Of a stretch of DNA of 64,000 nt, positions 54,158 to 64,000 are shown piece after piece. Within the stretch, counting starts at the first letter, position 1. Each line of letters begins with the position of its first letter. This DNA is from Octopus vulgaris (lineage: Eukaryota), in contig OX597823.1 in the NCBI GenBank assembly GCA_951406725.2, positions 73,222,001-73,286,000 of the forward strand, written 5' to 3'. The notes under the pieces are model-generated. The model saw only the letters and a list, made by a program, of their open reading frames with translations, had not been told where the DNA came from and did not search any database. The translations under genes and the position numbers were made by a program.

Positions 54158-54717
54158 ATTAAGAAAAGATTCTACGCTCATTTTTTCACTACTTAATTTA
54201 TTAATGAGAAATGTATGGTTTAATACTTTATTCCAGTATGCTATCGCGGCATTGTATTTACGTGCACACAATCATATTTACTCCTACAAAACCACTTTGA
54301 AATATCTTTCAATACATGCACGATGAAACATAGTATATGCTTTCGCACGAAATAAACTTGTCAAATATGGGTACGTCTTATGTGGGAGTGTGTCATATGC
54401 ACCGGCATATACATACTTTCAATGAGTTCTCTCAGTAAGGGATATGGGTAACGCTGCTATGAAACTGAGGTTTGGATATTTTGTGTTTATATGTGTGCAA
54501 TTTTTAATTGTGTATGGCTGCATGTGTGTACGTGAGAATAAATCCGGATTTAGCTGACATTAGAACATTGAATTAGGAAGACCTGCAACTTTACATTATT
54601 TAGTGTTCTCACAATTTACTTCTGCCTTTCGATGTTCAGATATTAAAAGCTAATTCAATGTACCAGTAATATATTGAATCATTGACTAATGTTTGTGCTA
54701 TAGTATCATTAGTATTT

Positions 54718-55020
54718 GTGGAGGCACATGTCCTAGTGGTTAGAGCAGCGGACTTGCGGTCGAGGAATCGTGGGTTCGAATCTCAGACCGGGCGATGTGT
54801 GTGTTTATGAGCGAAACACCTAAGCTCCACGCGGCTCCAGCAGAAGCTAATGGCGAACTTCTGCTGACTCTTTCGCCACAAATTTCTCTCACTCTTTCCT
54901 CCTGCATCTTACAGCTCACCTGCGACGGAAAGGCGTCCTGTCCAGGTGAGGAACCTATACGCCAAGGAAACCGGGAAACCGGCTCTAATGAGCCAGGCAT
55001 GGCTCGAGAAGGAACAAACG
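54718..55020 (+). mobile_element. tRNA-derived SINE family C (different tail)
   Basis: tRNA-like head GTGGAGGCACATGTCCTAGTGGTTAGAGCAGCGGAC...GGTTCGAATCTC. Confidence 0.8.
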
Positions 55021-58000
55021 ACATTAGTATTCAGTATCAAAGAACTGTCACCAAAAGCGTTATAACCGTGAACATTACTTCTTTTTTGTATGCCTAGGAT
55101 TTCATCGGCCAATTTTTGCCTTCTATTTTAAGGCAAAAGAGTGAGATTTGAACGAATATCGTTGCTATTTCTTGCAGATTCCATACGATTTCCTCGCGAC
55201 ATTTTTAGAGATGAATATCTCCGCATGGAATTTGTTTCCCAGCCATCATCTTTGTTGAGTTTTTGATTGATCGGAAATAATCCGAAGAAAAACATGAACT
55301 ATGTTTTATAAATATAACACACATGTTATTAAAAATTGAACAAGATTTACGACAAATATAAAAAGTTTAAATAAAATTTGAGATTATAAATACATTTCAC
55401 GAATATACATTATGTGTGCATCTGTCCGGATGTGCTTTCTTAACTGTAATATAGTAGTTACAACTATAGAGGTTTACAATAATTAAAACGCTATTAGTAT
55501 ACTGAACACATATTAAATGAAGTATATTGAATACAAATTTGATAGTAATCAAAGCACTTACTATATTTCTAATTACGTGAGTCGGCGGGGAGTATGAATG
55601 TTTTTATCAACCACAAATGTCTTGAATAAAACCGAGAATCTATGGAAATATTATGAATGAATGTGAACGAAAGCTAATATTTCTAAACACCACTAGCCAC
55701 ATATATATCTTTAAAATTGTGGTAGAATTCTTGGATCTAAAAAAAATGTGCGATCTTTCAGCAACGCATGGCTAGCATCTGTTTAATCCAACTATATGGC
55801 GGTTATCCGCTTAATTGTATGAGGTTTGAAGCTGGACTTCCAATCACTTATGCGGCTAAACGAATGAGCAACATTATTACATCCCTACTTGTTTCCAATT
55901 CCGAAATGTATTGCAAATGTGACCATAGGCGCAGGAGTGGCTGTGTGGCAAGTTGTTTGCTCACCAACCACATGGTTCCAGGTTCATTCCCACTGCGTGG
56001 CACCTTGGAAAAGTGTCGAGCCGACCAAAGCCTTGTGATTTGGTAGACGTATTAACGGAGGGGTAGTATTTTACCCCACTTAAACCTAGATGTTCTGTTA
56101 GAACAAACTTTACTCAGCTGATACTATGAAAGGAACTCTCATATAATGTTTTGGTGCAAAATTCACGGATTTTCTATATGTCGCTGGCGGGATGATGAGA
56201 CCAAGGAAGGTCGAAATAACATGTCGTGGTGGTTTCAGCGCCGAGGTTAGTGGGATTTATCTCCCCTGTTGTGATATAAACAGGCTTTTCTCTCATGGTA
56301 TCTACTGCAATAAAGTTTGTTCTAACAGAGCATCCACGTTCAAGAGGGATTTAAATATCAGTCAGCTTCTCTTATTTCATATTTATTCGGCAGAGGCAGC
56401 GAGTACTAAATCATTAGGTTCAACTGAGCACTAAGCTAAAGAAATTTTACCCTAAGGGGGAATGTCAACAGTAGTCTCTCGGCATTATGTTACGAGTCAT
56501 CGATTTCGTATGATTGATCTGTCAATTCTTCCTATGTTTTGTAAAATTTTACGTCAACATTTGCTTCTTGTACGATTGAAGTCACTTTGGGTGATTTGTA
56601 AATAATGTTTATTAAAGACATAAAAGCTTTAAATGTCACCGAGGGATACTACGTATCTGAGCAACTCAATGATATTATATTACAATGCAGTTCTGTAGAA
56701 GTCGGAATATGTTTTCCTAAAGAGTCTTTTATATACTTTCCGGTGATCCAATTTTGTTTTCCAGAAGCGAACGCTGTATTTTGATTTACGTGAATCTATT
56801 AAATACGTGCTCGGGTGCTCGGTCTGTTAGTATAAGAATAAATTATGAAACCATTTGAAAGTTCAAAGTGGTCACTTTCTATAGTCACGCCTTTAAAATA
56901 CTGATTGTGTAACTCCACGAAGATCTTCTGACATATATACAGAGTCGTATAATATTTCAGGCAGAATCTTTCCCGAAGATCAATCTACATAATAGATATT
57001 TCTCCAAGTTTCATTAGCCAGAAATCTATTTCATTGATGACTATCAATACATCATTTGAATGGGTTCGGTATAATTTCTTGCCTTTTAGTCTATACCTTA
57101 CGCTTGCAATATTCCGATCTATCAATGACTTCATTATTGCTAAATTAACTGCTATTGTTCTTACGAAGACAATATAAATGTTTATACAACCGATATGTCA
57201 ACGTCTGATAAATGTTTGCTGCAATTGATACAACACTGGTCAAATACAATATTGAAATTAATGCTTCTAAGTCTCAATTCTGCGTCTGGCTGGCAAGTTC
57301 GTTGCATGAGGTATATTGTCAGATTTAAAGGCATCAAGCCTGATCGCGATCGACTTGAAAATGTAACACATTCTTTATTTCCTTTTGATTTTGGCCGCTT
57401 GCGTCTCATGTTGGGGGCTCTGTAATACGATTGTAATTTATTCAAAATTTTGTGGGCTGCTAAAAATGTTCACATGTGCCTATTTCTCTATTTCACTGGA
57501 TCATAAATTTCTTTTGTTCATTTTAGTTCTGATAAAGATTAGTAGTGCGATACAGTATTCGTACTAACAGTTACCTTACGATATTATAAAAGCAATAACA
57601 TACCTCATGGTAACTCCTTTCTTTGCTATTCTATTATAAAGTGACCCGACTCGGCGAGAGAATGCCTGCACTCAACCTCTACGCGTTCGCAGAAGTACGT
57701 GATTTAATACGTAATGCTCGAATTGTTATACAGAGACCATTCGATTTCTCTTGTGTGATTCGCAGAAATCCACGAAACGAAATTTGTCTGCATATTTCTG
57801 GAACAACGTAGATATGTCTGTTGCGTTAGATGGTATACTCGTGACAGCATCATTTTACCCCAGCACAATAAAATGCTTTCTATAAACTTCTACATTTGTC
57901 TCATGTCAGTAGCAAAAAGATGACGCCGTCATCTTGTTTTATCTATTTGATGCTGTATACATATCTAACACAATGGTCCAAAATTTCTTTCCAGTATGTT

Positions 58001-59279
58001 CACAAAATTCGCAATCTTGTTTCAAAAGGAACTCATTGTCCATTATGATTTAATGTTTGGAAACATGTGCATTTTGTCAAATAGTGTTCTTTCCTTTGAA
58101 AATATTATGCAATAATAATTACTGATTCATTCCTTAAGTGGCCAGAGGTATATCTTTTAATTATACTAAGAGCTGCTTCTACTGGTATCGCCTTACGATG
58201 AACGTTCAGGGAAGATTTTATTTCAACGGTCCTAACAATAGATAATAGAACAGATTTTACTGCGTAGTTGGTCAAATGATATTCAGTGCATGAAATTCTC
58301 ATTGAATTACATCCACATTCCTACAGTCAAACAATAGTTTTATAAAATCGTTTAAGCCTGTGATAACTTCCATGCAGCCAATGACTTCGCAGGAAGTCGA
58401 GAGCTTGGGTGGCGTGTTTCTCTTATACAATCGGAATTTCTAGCATTCAATAGGGACAGAAAAATCTATCACTTTTACTAAGCAAGAGGCCTCGACAATC
58501 AAACATGCAATATTTTTAATTTTCCCGAAGTACTGTTCTTCCATACAATTAGTGACACTTCTGTATGCTACTTTGTTCGAAAAGTATAAATGTCACACAT
58601 TACATATTCCAGATATCAGTCACATCTCTTCAAATTTTAAGTCGAAGCTTAAATTTCAATAACACAATATTGGACGATTCTTCAGAAAAGCATACTTCAA
58701 AAAATCTTTAAAAACACATTAACCTTACACGTATCTCACCCAAATAACTTAAATATACCTTACTCACTCCAAGTGATACGACTACGAGTTATATACCCGT
58801 ACGGCTACGGGTAATTTGAATAAAGAAGAAAAAACAAACGCTAAGGAATATATGCAAGAATCACTAGATATAAGAAAGCACTTTAGTTCAAATTCTGCCG
58901 AGGGTGACTTCACCTTTCATCTGCTCGTGGTTGATAAATTAAGTACCAGTTGCGCACTGGGGTCGATCTAATCGACTGGTCCCCCTACCCAGAAATTTCG
59001 GGCGTTGTGCCTAGTGTACAAACGAATAAGAAGACACTTGCCCAAAATGCCACGCACTGGGACTGAACCTGTAACCATATGGTTGGCAAGCAAGCTTCTT
59101 ACCTCACAGCCACGCATACATGTGTGTGTGTGCATACACACATATAAACATATATGTATGCATGTATGTATGCATGCAGACATGATTGTTGCATCAATAA
59201 TTCTAAGTAAAATAGTTATGTGAAGGTACTTTAGCAAGGACACGAATGCTTTTTGTTTTCTACATGGCAGCACAACCAA

Positions 59280-60800
59280 ACAAAACCACTACTCTTTGCT
59301 TTGAAGAGGAGGGTGTTAAGAGAATTCCTATCGCATTTATGAAGTCATTGAATGTGTGAACGCTTAACAACAAATAGTAGATAAAATTTCTTGGAAAATA
59401 TTGGAGCACAGAACTATCGCAAGCTCTTGAAGTGAAAAAAAAGATATCCATTCCTGTAGGACAGATAACATTACAAAACAAAGCATATGATAGTATAGAA
59501 GGAATTCGTAAAACCCATTAATTAGTACAATCTTACTACGTGGGATTAATAATTGTCCCTATAGATTCTACACATGTACTGGTAATCAATTTCCAAATGT
59601 ATGCATCAGATCCAAGTTACAACGTTGATATGTCTTAGGAATTTTTTGACGAAAAACAAAAGCAAACCAGATAACAAGAAATAGCTCTAACATGGTAATT
59701 GAAGATTTCATCGCTAAACTAAAAGACAAATACTAGAACTAGCCAAATGTTATAGGAAAATACGGTGTTTAAAAAGAAACCGAAAAAGCAATGAAGTAAA
59801 TAGTCTTGCAGCAACAATAACTTTTTGCAGCTGTCAACGAAAAGATGGGTTACAAGATTTTCGCTTGATATCCGGATATTCTGTAAGATATGCCATTATT
59901 CTCTGAAAAAGTGGAAAGTAAAGCTAAAAAATACGGAGCAGGTTCTGGTCATTTTCTGCTCGTGGCACATTTCAAAATCACAAGAGAAAGTAAAAATATA
60001 CATATACAAAAGCATATGATGTTAAGAAAATAGCTGAATAAGGCTTCGCGCAAATGCTTGAAATCCTCAGTTTGCAACGAATGTTATAAATGAAGTGCAT
60101 TCCCATTGCAAAGAAACTGCAACTTAAGAGAACAGCTTGAAAACTAGGAATCAAATAACGTACCTGCCATCAGAGAAAGATATATAACTCGAACATGTAT
60201 GAAGAGTTACTACAGAAATTTTAAAGAATTGAGACGGCGTTGTTAAATTTAAATGATACAAAAGAAAAAAACAACCATCTAAATACAAAAAAATAAAATT
60301 TTACAGGAAACTGTCTTCTAAAATAATTAGTGTTACATCCTTTTCAAGTCAGTTCATGAAATGGAAAGAACGACAAAGTGAATATAGAATAAAATAAAGA
60401 TAATGCTGTTAGCAAACACACAAGCACAGCTGAAATATTTCAATACTGGAAACAATATTTTGAACATCTAAACATTGAATAAATTCGCAATTTGGAAGAA
60501 ATATCAAATATTCTTGATGATTCATTTGATGTGGATATTCATACATAAATAACAGAAGAAAAAAAAGAACCAGGACAGAAGAATTAGTAGAAAGTGCAGG
60601 TAACTGTAAAGACCCCAGTATACTTGCAATGTGTTGTGAAATACTACAGTCAGGGAACACATGGTAAATATGTTACATGCAATAGAACATACGAGACACA
60701 AAATGTGGGCTTGCATGCTGATAACAACGACAAGCAAAAACCTGAGAGCTAAAAAGCGATTTCTTACAAGAGAATACCGGTTAAAATGTTCAGTAGAATT
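59280..60800 (+). mobile_element. Highly decayed LINE endonuclease-region relic
   Basis: VIEDFIAKL (GDFNAK-like) followed by VIGKYG. Boundaries approximate. Confidence 0.4.
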
Positions 60801-60886
60801 ATTCTAAACAGAATAGGAAATAAAGCCAAATTAAAACCGAAGTAGTAATAGGATAGAGTCAGTTTTTATTGTCAGACATATTGGAA

Positions 60887-61268
60887 ACACTCCGTCGGTT
60901 ACGACGATGAGGGTTCCGGTTGATCCGAATCAACGGAACAACCTGCTCGTGAAATTAACGTGTAAGTGGCTGAGCACTCCACAGACACGTGCACCCTTAA
61001 CGTAGTTCTCTGGGATATTCAGCGTGACACAGAGAGTGACAAGGCCGGCCCCTTGAAATACAGGTACAACAGAAACAGGAAGTAAGAGTGAGAGAAAGTT
61101 GTGGTGAAAGAGTACAACAGGGTTCACCACCATCCCCTGCCGGAGCCTCGTGGAGCTTTTTAGGTGTTTTCGCTCAATAAACACTCACAACGCCCGGTCT
61201 GGGAATCGAAACCGCGATCCTATGACCGCGAGTCCGCTGCCCTAACCACTGGGCCATTGCGCCTCCAC
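60887..61268 (-). mobile_element. tRNA-derived SINE family C, near full length
   Basis: Minus-strand head GTGGAGGCGCAATGGCCCAGTGGTTAGGGCAGCGGAC...GGTTTCGATTCCC. Confidence 0.85.
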
Positions 61269-63364
61269 GTCAGACATATTATTGTAAAAGCAAAAGAACA
61301 AATGGCCTTACACTTCAGTTTCATCGCCTTTAATGGCGAAATCTAATGAAAGATAATATGGAAAGATGATATCAGTAGTATAGCAATGTATATCACAAGT
61401 CTATACGCACCAGGCGATAACTGAAATTTAATTCTCGTGATACATCTAGCAAGTAAAATGGATCATTCACAGTCTACAATATCAGAAAAATTTCTTACGT
61501 GTCATCTCAGGTACATACCTATATGAGACCATGACTGCTCTGCAACCAGAGTATTAGTTTCCAAAAGCGGAGATATAAACTTCGAGAACACTTCAAGAAA
61601 TTGCTACGATCTACATCCATAACGTTAGATTTACGGTCAATAACAATGTCAGGACAGTATTCAATACAGCTTTTACCTTTAAAGATATTTCTTCCGAGCA
61701 AAGTCTCCACTACAAAAGAACATGACTATGAACTGGGTGGGTTTTATTCTACGCGGTTGTTTCATGAAATACAACATTGTGAACAACCAGCATCTAAAAT
61801 TAAGGCTGGAGGAAATTCATATTCTATGTAACTACAAAGAAATCAGGAAAAGTTTATCAATCCTGCGGGCACAGGAGGAGCTTCCAAGTTAACAGACAGG
61901 CAACAACACTGTAAGTTAAAACAACTGGAAGAATCTTCGCATATAATGGTCTCTGATAACTTCAACAGCAGGTCTAGTACGAAGGTGGATACTATGTAGA
62001 GAGTCTAAAAGCGCGATAGTACTTACTTGCCCCCTACGACTATGGCGTTGTGAATATAAATATTGATTGATTAAATGTTACACGCTGCAATTTACCTGGC
62101 GGGTATAAGTGTTTCGATCTTTGAATCTAAATACATACTCGTTTAATCAAAACGGGTAAGCAGTATCTAAAACAACGAGAATAAATATCACAATAACAAC
62201 ACATAGTATACAACGGAATACTAGCATTCTAAATCTTTATATTGAAAAGTGTTGCATTTAGAAATTCCTAGAAATTCTTCTACTTGTGAATGGAGGATCG
62301 CGTGACTGTTGAAAGGTTGTGAAGATGAAAATCAAGATGAAACCACTAGTCTCAATATATCAGATGCATATTAATAATTGCTCATCTGATATGAGATGTT
62401 TAGAGTTTCTCTATCCACCTGCATCGTTTCTGGATAATTTATGCATTTGTCTTCTGCCAGATATATGCGTTAGTTAATACGTGTAATTGAATATAAGTTT
62501 CTTCACATGTGCTTTCGTGTCTACGTTTCTGTATGTATTGTCATGTTATTAGTATGTTATATGTGTTTTATTTTTTCTGATTTTGCTCTCTATAATCTTG
62601 TCAATAAAATTCCTGGACGCATTTCCAGGCAGTGAACACCACTCCCAAGATCAAAAGCAAATAAGATTTTCAATTCTCTATATCTGGATGATTCTCTAAT
62701 GTAAAGAGTCAAACTTCAGATACAGCATCGAATCAATCAGCAAAATATAAGAAACACATCACATTACTTTCAGTTGATTACAACTGGAGAAGACATCGGT
62801 CATAAAACATTCCTTGAGAGATTTCTTTTATCTCTCTGACAATCTACCTAAGGTCATCAAATACTTTAAGGTTTATAAATGTTACCGGAATAATTGTTTT
62901 CCCACACCCACAAATCATCATTTTCAGTAGGCTATAATCATTCGCAGAATAATATTTTTCAATTCACACATACATCATTTCCCAAATACGCTCAGCAAAC
63001 TGATAAAAAGACCATCTGTAATCCATTTAAGAAGGGAAAAAATCATCTCATCATGATTCACAACGCACGCATGCGTGCATCAAGGTGCAGATCACAACAG
63101 GTATATCCATATTACGTCATAATGCACATATTTGTACATATGTATGTGTGTGTGTATGAGAATGTCTGTTTCTCCTGCAGGAAGCAGTAATCACACATAA
63201 ATATATACGTATATACATAGTATACAATGTGTGATTGAATATATATACAGGCACACACATACATACACACACGCACACGTACACACACGTGTTTATGTGT
63301 GTGTGTGAGGTAGGTTAACGTGTGAGTTTGTGTGTGTGCCTGTGCATGTGTGTGTGTGCATGAG

Positions 63365-63395
<31 letters not shown>

Positions 63396-63447
63396 AAGAG
63401 ATACATCCATGCACACGCTCACAGGCACAAGCACACACACACTCACA

Positions 63448-63516
<69 letters not shown>

Positions 63517-64000
63517 GAGAAGAACCTGCAGTCGATCGGTTGATGCGTTTCTGCATCTGGAATATACATTGTTTATATACATCTGCATATGTGTATATTA
63601 TTATATTCGCATGCACGCTTGACTGCGAATTCTAATTAATACTAGAAAGATGGCTAACTTTGCCTAGCAAACAAAATATTGTATTGGCAGCCAATTTGTT
63701 GCAGTGTATGTTTATGCATGTTTTATATTGAATTATAAGGAGACCATGCCCGTATGATTTGTTTACGTATATGTCTTGTATATCTGAACATGTTATTTTC
63801 TCAGTTTCTTGAAGTATGCATGCATGATTGTATAAGTCAGGATGCATTTTGTTATTTATACATACGCACATGCACACACAGACACACATGCATACATATG
63901 TACATACACGCATTCATACACACATGTATGCATACATGCATATATATATACGTACATACATACTTACATAAATACATACATACATAAATACATACGTAAA

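Noticed and set aside
54718-54795. tRNA gene
   Set aside because: The tRNA-like head runs directly into a SINE body found in several copies, and there is no proper acceptor stem.
56050-58815. Possible decayed transposon on the minus strand
   Set aside because: Non-repetitive stretch that may be a coding relic, but I could not read a diagnostic motif or paired ends, so it is left unassigned.

Overview
AT-rich, microsatellite-dense eukaryotic DNA with no host protein-coding gene I can identify. The SINE families look like octopus (coleoid cephalopod) repeats; this is recognition from memory, not a database match. Most of the window is tRNA-derived SINEs, decayed LINEs (RTE-like, R4/Dong-like), Penelope-like elements with degenerate hammerhead motifs and long palindromes, and Tc1/mariner and hAT relics. 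The stand-out locus is 44663-49449: three head-to-tail non-LTR retroelements that encode only a gag-like ORF1 (CCHC zinc knuckle, no reverse transcriptase), each bounded by the same 14-bp direct repeat AGTTTATTAAATAT. Units 1 and 2 are near-identical in their 3' halves. Over about 850 bp of the 5' half they differ by about 118 hand-counted substitutions that are all G in unit 1 and A in unit 2, against only 4 other substitutions. The neighbouring-base context, codon effects and the outgroup unit 3 all indicate the direction A-to-G. The best reading is an ADAR A-to-I hyper-edited RNA that was reverse-transcribed and fixed in the genome next to an unedited sibling, with its reading frame still open. 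These elements share a covarying 3' hairpin plus AATAAAGAAAT tail with an abundant local SINE family.
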